Source: an uncultured Gammaproteobacteria bacterium
Lineage (GTDB): Bacteria > Patescibacteriota > Microgenomatia > UBA8517
Length of the DNA: 51,351 nt
NCBI GenBank assembly: GCA_964506225.1
Contig: CAZDKH010000012.1
Span: forward strand, 1 to 51,351
Direction of reading: 5' to 3'
In this document: one piece after another, positions 23,250-32,645 of the stretch
Layout of the letters: the number at the start of each line of letters is the position of its first letter
How positions within the stretch are numbered: the first letter of the stretch is position 1
Made by a program: the position numbers and the translations under genes
Notes under the pieces: model-generated
Seen by the model: the letters and a program-made list of their open reading frames with translations, nothing else
Databases searched by the model: none
Told to the model about the DNA's origin: nothing

Positions 23250-23837
23250 ATGATGGTTTTAACATTTTCAACAATGATGCCCTTGGGTACAAAGATGCCT
23301 GACTTTGAGCTAATGGACGTGGTAACGGGACAAAAAGTTTCACCAGCCCAATTTTCTGATAAACAGCTACTTTTGATAATGTTTATCTGTCGTCACTGTC
23401 CTTATGTACAGCATGTCAAGAAAGAACTTGTCAAACTAGCCAACGATTATAAAGATAAGGGAGTTGGTGTTATTGCAATAAGCTCCAATGACGCAGAAGC
23501 GTTCCCCGAGGATGCTCCTGAAAGTCTTAAAGAAATGGCCCTTCAGGAAGGGTTTCCTTTTCCTCTTCTTTACGATGAAATGCAGGACGTTGCCAAGGTT
23601 TTTACAGCAGCCTGCACACCCGACTTTTTTGTCTTTGATAGAGAAAGAAAGCTTGTTTACAGGGGGCAGCTGGACGATTCAAGGCCGGACAATGGCAAAC
23701 CAGTAACAGGTGCTGACCTTAGAGCAGCCCTCGACGCAGTTTTATCCAGGCTACCAGTTAATCAGGATCAAAAACCAAGTTCGGGATGTAACATCAAGTG
23801 GAAAGCCGGAAATGAGCCTGATTACTTTTTAAGATGA
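23250..23837 (+). CDS. Thioredoxin family protein (AhpC/TSA-like)
   Basis: CRHCPYV, ACTPDF, YRGQLDD, GCNIKW. Confidence 0.93.
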   Translation: MMVLTFSTMMPLGTKMPDFELMDVVTGQKVSPAQFSDKQLLLIMFICRHCPYVQHVKKELVKLANDYKDKGVGVIAISSNDAEAFPEDAPESLKEMALQEGFPFPLLYDEMQDVAKVFTAACTPDFFVFDRERKLVYRGQLDDSRPDNGKPVTGADLRAALDAVLSRLPVNQDQKPSSGCNIKWKAGNEPDYFLR

Positions 23838-23846
23838 TCTTTTAAG

Positions 23847-25112
23847 ATGATTAATGCCTTCGCAAATGCCCTCGAACAACTCAATAATGTTTTTCCTCTT
23901 CTAAAGAAAGACTACAAAGATAAAGAATTATTTAATAAAGCAATAGAGAGTTTACAAAAACCACAAAGAGTATTAAGAAAAAAACTCAGTATTATTATGG
24001 ATAGTGGTAGAAAGAAATCCTTTATGGCCTATCGTTCTCAATATAATAATACTCTGGGTCCTTATAAAGGAGGAATAAGGTTTCATCCCAACGTAACAGA
24101 AGATGAAGTTAAAGCACTCTCTCTTTGGATGACCATTAAAACTGCTGTAGTGGGTCTGCCTTATGGGGGAGCTAAAGGTGGAGTTGCCGTTAATCCAAAA
24201 CTTCTTTCACAAAACGAACTTCAAAAATTGTCAAAAGAATATGCAAGGTTTATCAGCCCATTTATCGGCCCATGGAAAGATGTGCCAGCGCCGGATGTGA
24301 ATACAGATGAGAAGGTAATGGCTTGGATGTTAGACGCTCATGAAAAAGAAATAGGGCAACACTCTCCAGCTTCTTTTACAGGAAAGCCTATTTCTCTTGG
24401 AGGATCTCAGGGTAGAACGGAAGCGACAGGGCTGGGTTGTTTTTATATTTTAGAGGTATTTTCTCAAAAAAGACACCTTCTTCCTTCAAAAACTACCCTT
24501 GCTGTTCAGGGCTTTGGAAATGTGGGCTATTGGTTTTGTCATTTTGCCGCTAAATCAGGATATAAGATTATCGCAGTATCGGATTCTAGTGGTGGTATTT
24601 ATGACAAAAAAGGATTAGACCCAGAAAATCTCCTTTTTCTTAAAGAGAAATATGGCTCTTTCAGGGAGGCTTGTGGACAAAAGAAAATAAATTTTATAAC
24701 AAATGAAGAATTAATAGCTTCAAAAGTTGATATCTTAGTTCCAGCTGCTTTGGAAAATTCAATCAATAAAGATAACTGTTTGACAATAAAGGCAAAAGTA
24801 GTTTTGGAGGAAGCAAACGGCCCAATTACGCCTGAAGCTGAAGAGGCGTTACTTAAAAAAAAGATAACAATTATTCCTGATGTTTTAGTAAACGCAGGCG
24901 GAGTGAGTGTTAGTTATTTTGAATGGGCGCAAAATTTGCAAGGGTATTCTTGGAGCAAAAGCGAGGTAAATAAAAAACTTAGAAATATTATGATTAAGGC
25001 ATTTTCCGAAGTATTTAATTTATCTCAAAGCAAAAGGATATCTCTAAGACAAGCCGCCTATATCCTTGCACTAAAAAGAATCATAAACTCCATAATTACC
25101 CGAGGAAACTAA
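23847..25112 (+). CDS. gdhA: Glu/Leu/Phe/Val dehydrogenase, likely glutamate dehydrogenase
   Basis: GPYKGGIRF, GGAKGG, DVPAPD, TGKP, QGFGNVG, NAGGVSVSYFEW. Confidence 0.9.
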   Translation: MINAFANALEQLNNVFPLLKKDYKDKELFNKAIESLQKPQRVLRKKLSIIMDSGRKKSFMAYRSQYNNTLGPYKGGIRFHPNVTEDEVKALSLWMTIKTAVVGLPYGGAKGGVAVNPKLLSQNELQKLSKEYARFISPFIGPWKDVPAPDVNTDEKVMAWMLDAHEKEIGQHSPASFTGKPISLGGSQGRTEATGLGCFYILEVFSQKRHLLPSKTTLAVQGFGNVGYWFCHFAAKSGYKIIAVSDSSGGIYDKKGLDPENLLFLKEKYGSFREACGQKKINFITNEELIASKVDILVPAALENSINKDNCLTIKAKVVLEEANGPITPEAEEALLKKKITIIPDVLVNAGGVSVSYFEWAQNLQGYSWSKSEVNKKLRNIMIKAFSEVFNLSQSKRISLRQAAYILALKRIINSIITRGN

Positions 25113-25117
25113 AGAAT

Positions 25118-26971
25118 ATGTGTGGTATTGCCGGCAAGATAGTTCTTAAGAAAGGTTGTGTTTATCAAAAAGAACTTTTTTTGATGTCCCAAAAAATTGC
25201 ACACAGAGGGCCGGATGACGAGGGCTTTTATATTTCCTCTGATAAAAGGGTTGGTCTTGCCTCAAGACGCTTGGCGGTAATTGATTTGACCAAAAACGGC
25301 CATCAACCCATGACATATCTAAATAGATATTGGATTACTTACAATGGGGAGATTTTTAACTTCGAGACAGAAAGAAAAAAAATGGAAAAAGAGGGTATTG
25401 TCTTTAAGTCTCGCACAGATACCGAGGTTATTTTGGCGCTTTACCACCGTTATAAAATAGGGTGTTTGAAATATCTTAGAGGTTTTTTTGCCTTTGCAAT
25501 CTACGACGCAAAAGATAAAACAGTTTTTTTGGCTAGAGATAGACTTGGGAAAAAACCACTTAAGTATTTTCATGACGGAAACGTTTTTCTTTTTGCTTCG
25601 GAAATTAAAGCCATACTCACCCAAAAGGAAGTTAAGAAAGAAATTGATTGGCAGGCAATTGACAACTATTTGACCTATGGTTATGTTCCCTCTCCAAATA
25701 CGGGATTTTTGGATATTTACAAACTTGAACCCGGCCATTTTTTGTGGATTGACCTTGCTAAAAAAACTCTTGTTAAAAAAAGATATTGGAAGTTGGATTT
25801 TAATCAAAAACAGAATCTTTCGGAAAATGAATGGATTAATACAATATTGTCTTTCTTGGAAGAATCAACAAAACTAAGAATGATATCCGATGTTCCCTTG
25901 GGAGCATTTCTTTCCGGAGGAGTTGATTCATCTGCGGTTGTGGCAACAATGGCTAATCTTTCTAAAAAACCCATCAAAACATTTACTATTGTATTCAAAG
26001 AGAATCGTTATGATGAAAGGTTGCACGCCAGAAGGATAGCCAAACTTTACAAAACCGAGCATCATGAGCTTTTAGCCGAGCCGAAGTCTTGCGATATCCT
26101 TCCCCAAATTGTTTATCGATATGAAGAACCTTTTGCTGACAGTAGTGCTCTTGTTACCTTTATGATTAGCGAGCTGGCTAAAAAATATGTAACGGTAATT
26201 CTAAATGGTGATGGTGGGGATGAAAATTTTGCCGGCTACATGCGGCATTGGAAAATAAAACGTGATCTTTTGTTTGAGAAGTACAAAAAAGGCATAAAGC
26301 TTGTTTTTCCTCTGAGATTATATGAACGAGCTAAAAAATACATAGAAAAATCCGCACTTCCCCTAAGTCATCGTTTTGTTACTTACAATATATTTTTGAC
26401 AAATGAGGAGAAAGAAAAACTTTGCACTCCATTTTTCAAAAGACAAATTTTTAATTTCAACTCCTATGACCTTTATGAGCTAAAATTCGTAGAATCTAAA
26501 GCCCAAGATCCTTGCGATAGGGGACTTTATGCTGATTTTTCCTATTGGTTGCCGGATGACCTTTTGGTAAAAATGGACATCGCGACTATGGCTAATTCGC
26601 TGGAGGGCAGATCACCGCTTCTTGATAGTAAATTTGTCGAAATGGCAGCTCAGATTCCTTATGAACTTAAAGTTAAAGGTTTTTGGAACAATAAATATAT
26701 CTTTAAAAAAGCACTTGAGAAAATTGTCCCCAAAGAAAATCTATATAGACCCAAACAGGGTTTTAGTATCCCCTTGTCATTGTGGTTTGATAGAGACCTA
26801 AGAGATTATTCTAAAAAGATTCTTTTGGGCAAAAAAGCTTTAAAAAGAGATATTTATAAAGAAGACGTTGTTCGCGAAATGCTCAAAAGACACTCTTCAA
26901 ACAATGATTTTGGACCTAAACTTTGGTCTTTGGTTTTTTTGGAGCTTTGGTTCCAAACCTATTTCGACTAA
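25118..26971 (+). CDS. asnB: Asparagine synthase (glutamine-hydrolysing) family amidotransferase
   Basis: MCGI N-terminus, HRGPD, LSGGVDSS, GDGGDE. Confidence 0.92.
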   Translation: MCGIAGKIVLKKGCVYQKELFLMSQKIAHRGPDDEGFYISSDKRVGLASRRLAVIDLTKNGHQPMTYLNRYWITYNGEIFNFETERKKMEKEGIVFKSRTDTEVILALYHRYKIGCLKYLRGFFAFAIYDAKDKTVFLARDRLGKKPLKYFHDGNVFLFASEIKAILTQKEVKKEIDWQAIDNYLTYGYVPSPNTGFLDIYKLEPGHFLWIDLAKKTLVKKRYWKLDFNQKQNLSENEWINTILSFLEESTKLRMISDVPLGAFLSGGVDSSAVVATMANLSKKPIKTFTIVFKENRYDERLHARRIAKLYKTEHHELLAEPKSCDILPQIVYRYEEPFADSSALVTFMISELAKKYVTVILNGDGGDENFAGYMRHWKIKRDLLFEKYKKGIKLVFPLRLYERAKKYIEKSALPLSHRFVTYNIFLTNEEKEKLCTPFFKRQIFNFNSYDLYELKFVESKAQDPCDRGLYADFSYWLPDDLLVKMDIATMANSLEGRSPLLDSKFVEMAAQIPYELKVKGFWNNKYIFKKALEKIVPKENLYRPKQGFSIPLSLWFDRDLRDYSKKILLGKKALKRDIYKEDVVREMLKRHSSNNDFGPKLWSLVFLELWFQTYFD

Positions 26972-26996
26972 AATTTTTTTATGATATAGTTTCAAG

Positions 26997-28178
26997 ATGG
27001 ATTCAAACAGATTCTCTTGGATTGATAAAGAATTACTAAGACTTAAAAAAGAGGGATTATACAGTCCACCCAAGGTTATTGAGGCTACAAAGGGGGTATA
27101 TATAAAAATTTCCGGCAGAAAACTAATTAACTTTTGTTCAAATAACTATCTAGGTCTTGCCGATGATAAAAGGTTAAAACTGGCGGTCAAAAAAGCGATT
27201 GATGAATTTGGTATTGGGCCGGCAGCAGTCAGGACAATTTCAGGAACGACTAAACTACACACAGATCTTGAAAGAAAGCTTGCGCAATTCAAAAAGGTTA
27301 ATAAAGTTCTTACTTTTCAAAGCGGATTTGCAGCAAATTTAGCTACCATACCGGCTATTGTGGGAGAAGGGGATATCATTTTTTCAGATGAATTAAATCA
27401 TGCAAGTATAATTGATGGTTGCAGGCTAAGTAAGGCAGAGATAACCCGTTTTTCCCACTGCGACTTTGTTGATCTTGAGAGAAAGTTGAAAAGACAAAAA
27501 AATTCAAAAAGAAAGTTAATTGTGACAGACGGCGTTTTTAGTATGGACGGAGACATTGCGCCTCTTCCTCATTTTGTAGACCTGACACAAAAGTATAACT
27601 GTATCTTAATGGTAGATGATGCCCATGGGGAGGGGGTTTTGGGAAAAAATGGTAGGGGGATTGTTGAATATTTTAATCTCCACGGAAAAGTTGATATCGA
27701 AGTTGGGACAATGAGTAAGGCTTTTGGGGTTGTCGGTGGCTATGTTGCAGGATCTGCTCAACTCATAGAATGGTTAACTCAAAGAGGTAGGCAATTTTTA
27801 TTTTCAAGCGCTATGACAATTGCGGATACTGCGGCTTGTTTGGAAGCCATCAAGATACTTGAAAAATCAGATAGTCTTATTAAAAAGTTGTGGAATAATA
27901 CAAACTATTTTAAAGAAAATATGCAAATTATGGGTTTTGATATTGGTAAAAGCCAAACACCTATCGTACCAGTGTTGCTTGGGGATGCAAAAAAAGCTTT
28001 TGAGTTTAGTAAACTGCTTTTTGAAAGAGGTGTTTTTGCAAAAGCGATTGGTTATCCAACGGTACCGCCGGGTAAAGCTCGCATAAGGGTGATTATCTCG
28101 GCAGCACACTCTAAAAGTGACTTAAATAAAGCACTGAGAGCTTTTGAAGAGGTTGGTAAAATATTCAAAGTGATATGA
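26997..28178 (+). CDS. kbl: Glycine C-acetyltransferase (2-amino-3-ketobutyrate CoA ligase)
   Basis: [35 protein letters not shown]; overlaps a tdh-like gene. Confidence 0.85.
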   Translation: MDSNRFSWIDKELLRLKKEGLYSPPKVIEATKGVYIKISGRKLINFCSNNYLGLADDKRLKLAVKKAIDEFGIGPAAVRTISGTTKLHTDLERKLAQFKKVNKVLTFQSGFAANLATIPAIVGEGDIIFSDELNHASIIDGCRLSKAEITRFSHCDFVDLERKLKRQKNSKRKLIVTDGVFSMDGDIAPLPHFVDLTQKYNCILMVDDAHGEGVLGKNGRGIVEYFNLHGKVDIEVGTMSKAFGVVGGYVAGSAQLIEWLTQRGRQFLFSSAMTIADTAACLEAIKILEKSDSLIKKLWNNTNYFKENMQIMGFDIGKSQTPIVPVLLGDAKKAFEFSKLLFERGVFAKAIGYPTVPPGKARIRVIISAAHSKSDLNKALRAFEEVGKIFKVI

Positions 28179-29185
28179 ATATTCTAATAACCGGAGTTTC
28201 TGGGGAAGTTGGTTTTAGCCTTGTTAATAAACTTTCTCAAAAAGCCAATCACAAGATATTTGGTTTGGATTTAAAACAGCCCGACAACAGAATCTTGTCG
28301 AAACTAACCTACTTTTTTCAGGGAAGCATCCTTGATAAAGCAATGGTAGAAGTCTCATTTGCAAAGTATGATTTTGATGTAATTTTTCATTTGGCCGCAA
28401 TTCTATCCACAAGTGCTGAAAAAAACCCAATGGAAGCTTACGACGTCAATGTAGGGGGGACGCTAAATCTTCTTGAGTCAACAACTGCATGGTCAATACG
28501 TCGAGAGAAAAGGATAAAGTTTATCTTTCCAAGCTCAATTGCTGTATATGGCTTGTCATCTCTGAGTGAAAAGAAAAAAGCCAAGAAAGTCAAAGAAAAC
28601 GAATTCACAAAACCGATAACCATGTATGGAATAAATAAACTTTTCTGTGAGCATTTCGGAGAATACTTTTCAAAAAACTATAGACTCTTGGATTCCCTTG
28701 ATAGATCTCACCTTGTTGATTTTCGGGCGATTCGCTTTCCTGGCTTAATCAGCGCGGACACAATCCCGACAGGAGGAACAAGTGATTATGGAGCAGAGAT
28801 GCTCCACTCTGCCGCTCAAAAGAAAGCTTATGTATGTTATGTTCGTCCTGACACACAAATTCCTTTTATGGTAATGCCGGATGCTGTGAAATCATTAATT
28901 AATCTTATGAAAACTCCGATAAATAATATTACTCAGAAAGTTTATAATGTGTCTGGTTTTAGTGTATCAGCAAAGGAAATCGAAAAAAAAGTTAAAAAAT
29001 TTTACTCAGACTTTACTATTACTTATGATAGTCAACCCCAAAGGCAATTGATAGTAGATAGTTGGCCTTTGGATATTGATGATTCAAAGGCTAAAAGAGA
29101 CTGGGGTTGGTCTTCCGACTATGATTTTGACAAGGCTTTTGATGAATATTTGATTCCTGCTATTAGCAAAAAGTATCAGGTCTAA
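28175..29185 (+). CDS. L-threonine 3-dehydrogenase, SDR/GalE-like type
   Basis: [32 protein letters not shown], RQxIVDSWP; coupled to kbl. Confidence 0.8.
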   Translation: MNILITGVSGEVGFSLVNKLSQKANHKIFGLDLKQPDNRILSKLTYFFQGSILDKAMVEVSFAKYDFDVIFHLAAILSTSAEKNPMEAYDVNVGGTLNLLESTTAWSIRREKRIKFIFPSSIAVYGLSSLSEKKKAKKVKENEFTKPITMYGINKLFCEHFGEYFSKNYRLLDSLDRSHLVDFRAIRFPGLISADTIPTGGTSDYGAEMLHSAAQKKAYVCYVRPDTQIPFMVMPDAVKSLINLMKTPINNITQKVYNVSGFSVSAKEIEKKVKKFYSDFTITYDSQPQRQLIVDSWPLDIDDSKAKRDWGWSSDYDFDKAFDEYLIPAISKKYQV

Positions 29186-29186
29186 A

Positions 29187-30191
29187 GTGAAAAAGATATT
29201 AATTACTGGTCTTGGAGGGTATATAGGAAGTGTAGCTACCTATCTTTTCTTACAGAAAGGGTATGAAGTGGTTGGGATTGATAACTTCTCAACTGGTTGC
29301 GAGGCTCCTTTGAAACTTTTGCAAAAGAAATTTACGACAAGGAAACTTAGGTATTACAAACTTGACTTGAGAGAAAATATCTCTGAAGTTTTTCAAAAAG
29401 AAAAGAATTTTGACGCCGTTGTCCATTATGCGGCTTCTTGCTTGGTTGACGAGTCAATGGAAAACCCCGAAAAGTATTTCAGAAACAATGTTTGTGCAAG
29501 TCTAAATCTTATCTCAACAATGTTAGAAAACAACGTCAAAAAAATCGTTTTTTCATCAACCTGCGCAGTTTATGGAGAAAATAAATATATTCCAGTTGAC
29601 GAGAATCATCCAACCAATCCCACAAATCCTTATGGTCAGTCCAAGAAAATGGTTGAAGAAATAATTGAGTGGTTTGGAAAGCTTAAGGGTTTATCCTATG
29701 TTATTTTGAGATATTTTAATGTTTGCGGCGCAAGCGACGATGGTTTGATAGGGGATTCCAAAAAGCCCTCAACTCTTCTTGTCCAAAACGCTGTGCGTGG
29801 AGCTTTGGGTATTGCTCCTTTTTATCTGACTTGTCCCAAAGTTAAAACAAAAGACACTACTCCAATAAGAGACTATATAAATGTTGTCGATTTAAACGAG
29901 GCACACATCAAGGCTATAGAATATCTTTCAAAGAACAAAAAAAGCGAAATCATAAATCTTGGTACAGGTAGTGGGAATTCCGTGTTAGAAGTTGTTAAAA
30001 AAGTACAAGAAGTTACCGGAGTTATGTTTGATATAAAAAGGTCTGTTCCTAGGAGGGGAGAGTATGCCGAAATAGTAGCCTCAATCAAGAAGGCAAAAAG
30101 GATTCTTAATTGGCAGCCAAAACACTCTTTGGAAGACTCGGTAAGGTCGTTGATAATTTGGTATAAAAATCATCCTCAAGGTTGGGATTAA
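29187..30191 (+). CDS. galE: UDP-glucose 4-epimerase
   Basis: TGxxGYIGS, FSSTCAVYG, PYGQSK, LRYFNV, IRDYI. Confidence 0.93.
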   Translation: MKKILITGLGGYIGSVATYLFLQKGYEVVGIDNFSTGCEAPLKLLQKKFTTRKLRYYKLDLRENISEVFQKEKNFDAVVHYAASCLVDESMENPEKYFRNNVCASLNLISTMLENNVKKIVFSSTCAVYGENKYIPVDENHPTNPTNPYGQSKKMVEEIIEWFGKLKGLSYVILRYFNVCGASDDGLIGDSKKPSTLLVQNAVRGALGIAPFYLTCPKVKTKDTTPIRDYINVVDLNEAHIKAIEYLSKNKKSEIINLGTGSGNSVLEVVKKVQEVTGVMFDIKRSVPRRGEYAEIVASIKKAKRILNWQPKHSLEDSVRSLIIWYKNHPQGWD

Positions 30192-30206
30192 TTTGTATGG
30201 AAATTT

Positions 30207-31226
30207 TTACTTCTGATATTCTCTCAAAAGTTTTAGAAGCCTTTTTTTCACCTGATTAAACCTCCCATAAATAATTGTTCCACAAGCATTGATATGGCCC
30301 CCGCCGTTTCCTCCCATCTTTGTTAGTAGTTGAGGAAGATTGATTTTGTTGCGCAGGTTATTTCCTGTAGCTTTTATTTCGATAACTCCCTTTTCTTGTT
30401 CGTAAATAAGTATACCCCTATCGAAATTTTTGACTTTACCGGCCAATTCAAGTCTAAATACTGTTCTTAATTCTCTTAAGGCAAAATTATCAAATTTTTC
30501 TTTTTTAAATATTAAGTGCGGAACAAACAAAAAAATAGTTTTTAATTTAGAGTCATATTTGCAGTTATCCAGAGCAAAAGAGAGCATTTTTAAATAATTC
30601 TTTGATTTCGAAGCGTAAATTTTATCTATTATTTCTTGAAATTTTGCACCCTTTTTAATAAGTAGTGAAGCTATCTCGAAAGTTGTGGGAGTGAAATTCC
30701 ATTTAAAGTTTCCGGTGTCTTCGATAATTGCTGCATAAGCAAGAGTTGCAATTTTATCATCGATAAAAGAGCATGGGATTATTTTTTTAATGAGAATTTC
30801 GGCGGTAGCTGCCGCGCGGGGATCATGAATATGAACAACTCCAAGCTTTTCTTGTTGTAGGGCGTGGTGGTCAATGTGGATTCTTTTGTCGTAGAGGAGA
30901 ATATTTGGAGGATTATCATTTTTTTTATTTTCGTAGAATTGGGCCAAATTACTTCCGTCAACAAAAATCACAACGTCGAATAATTTTGTTTTAAAAAACT
31001 CCTTTGTGTTTCTAAATTCTATCTCATTAAAATAGGGTAAAAATTCAAAAATCTCTCTTAACTGGTTCTGAGGTTTTCCTGGAAAAACCAGCCTTACCTT
31101 TTTATTTAGCGATTCTAAATATTTTTTGAGTATTAGCCCCGTTCCTATAGAGTCACAATCAAGGGGATGGGAAGCAATAATTAAAAGCTTTTTTTCGCCC
31201 TTTATGTAGTTGTCAAATTTTTGCAT
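30207..31226 (-). CDS. DHH-family phosphoesterase (NrnA-like)
   Basis: HxxDxD, IDHH, DTGNF, GGGH. Confidence 0.9.
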   Translation of the reverse strand: MQKFDNYIKGEKKLLIIASHPLDCDSIGTGLILKKYLESLNKKVRLVFPGKPQNQLREIFEFLPYFNEIEFRNTKEFFKTKLFDVVIFVDGSNLAQFYENKKNDNPPNILLYDKRIHIDHHALQQEKLGVVHIHDPRAAATAEILIKKIIPCSFIDDKIATLAYAAIIEDTGNFKWNFTPTTFEIASLLIKKGAKFQEIIDKIYASKSKNYLKMLSFALDNCKYDSKLKTIFLFVPHLIFKKEKFDNFALRELRTVFRLELAGKVKNFDRGILIYEQEKGVIEIKATGNNLRNKINLPQLLTKMGGNGGGHINACGTIIYGRFNQVKKRLLKLLREYQK

Positions 31227-31282
31227 ATTGCTAATTTAATTCTCAGCAAACATTCTACCACACATTTACTAGATGCCTTAAA

Positions 31283-31309
31283 TATCACTGTACTAGTACA
31301 GTGATACAA
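31283..31309. repeat. Perfect 24-bp palindrome (31283-31306), also copy 2 of the 21-bp repeat
   Basis: TATCACTGTACTAGTACAGTGATA equals its own reverse complement. Confidence 0.85.
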
Positions 31310-31353
31310 ATTTTTAAAATTAGTGGGGTTAGTGGGGATGGAATAAGTTGTAA

Positions 31354-32565
31354 TTACTTTCTAATAAACAAAAGTGCGTTGGGGATGTTACGTCCCGGTC
31401 CGACTTTATATCCACCGCTCCAGAGCGCGGTTGATCCTCCATTGTCAAGATTAAGGGCATTTTGGATTCCCATTGCATGTAAAACCCGGGCCGATTCGGC
31501 AACAGTTGCATTATGAACTACGCCTATATAAACAGTTGAACCGGTTGCTCCGATAAAACTTCTATTGCCCTTTGACCCCTTTTTGGGGTCGTCGTCACCC
31601 CCGAAGGTAATACTGCCGTTTAGGACCAACAGGGGTTGATTGGCGATGACTGCATCCACCCCCGTGTCGCGTCCCCATTCCAAAGATCTTGTTATGAAAC
31701 GAGCAGAATTTCCCGAGAAAATAACCGCCGGGACGTTGCTATAGACGTTATTATCAGAGTTAAAATATGTTTTATTCTTGTTCATTAAAAGTGTGTCAAA
31801 AGAGTTTGTTTTTCCGGCACAACTTGGATAACTTGCAGGACAAAAGTAAGAGCCGTTGACTCCCGCAAATGCTCCATTTCTGCTAATATAATCAGCTAAC
31901 GCCAAAACCGGGCAGTTATCATGGCAGTCTGAATCAGAAGCAGTGTCAACAATTACTCTGGTTGAGTTTAAGTCTGCGGCAACAATACTAACCATAAATG
32001 ACCCAATCTCAGTTTGTACCCTCTGTCGTGAGTAACCAGAGCTGGGTGGTGTATTGGACGAAGCTATATTTTCAGGGATCTGGAATGAGGAGGTTATTTT
32101 TTGTGTTTCTTCTTTTATCTTTTGACTCAAGGAAGTTATTTTTGTAGAAGCTGATGCATAGTTTCTTTGTGCCAAAAGGTTTAAGGATTCGGCAAAAAGC
32201 TTGTCATAGTCTTGAGTGTTTTTACTAATTGATTTAAAGTCTAGAAGGTCTTCATAAATAGAAACCACATTTTTATAACCTTCGTTAATATTTTTTATTT
32301 CTTCTTCAAGTTCTTTGTTTTTTAGATATTGATCCTCGCTTTTTACCTTCTCAAGTTCGCTTAAGGTATTTTGTAAAATAGTGGATAAGCTGTTTTTTTC
32401 TGAAGTGAGTGCATCAAGTCTTGTTTTATAGACTAAAACCTCTTTTCTTGAAAAAAGGTATAAAAAGCTAGTGAATAGACTGAGTGCAGCAAAGGCGATA
32501 AAAAAAAGACCCTGTTTTAAATTTTTTTGGTATTTTTTTAATAAACCCAAGATTTTTTCTTTCAT
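31354..32565 (-). CDS. Membrane-anchored coiled-coil protein with phosphodiester glycosidase (NAGPA-like) domain
   Basis: N-terminal TM, coiled coil, VNGSYF and ALNLDNGGSTAL. Confidence 0.82.
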   Translation of the reverse strand: MKEKILGLLKKYQKNLKQGLFFIAFAALSLFTSFLYLFSRKEVLVYKTRLDALTSEKNSLSTILQNTLSELEKVKSEDQYLKNKELEEEIKNINEGYKNVVSIYEDLLDFKSISKNTQDYDKLFAESLNLLAQRNYASASTKITSLSQKIKEETQKITSSFQIPENIASSNTPPSSGYSRQRVQTEIGSFMVSIVAADLNSTRVIVDTASDSDCHDNCPVLALADYISRNGAFAGVNGSYFCPASYPSCAGKTNSFDTLLMNKNKTYFNSDNNVYSNVPAVIFSGNSARFITRSLEWGRDTGVDAVIANQPLLVLNGSITFGGDDDPKKGSKGNRSFIGATGSTVYIGVVHNATVAESARVLHAMGIQNALNLDNGGSTALWSGGYKVGPGRNIPNALLFIRK

Positions 32566-32645
32566 TTTTTGTTAATTCATTCTAGGCATAAATGCAGTTG
32601 AAATGTAAGAAGCAAATTACAAAGCAATTATGGTATCATTCAAGC

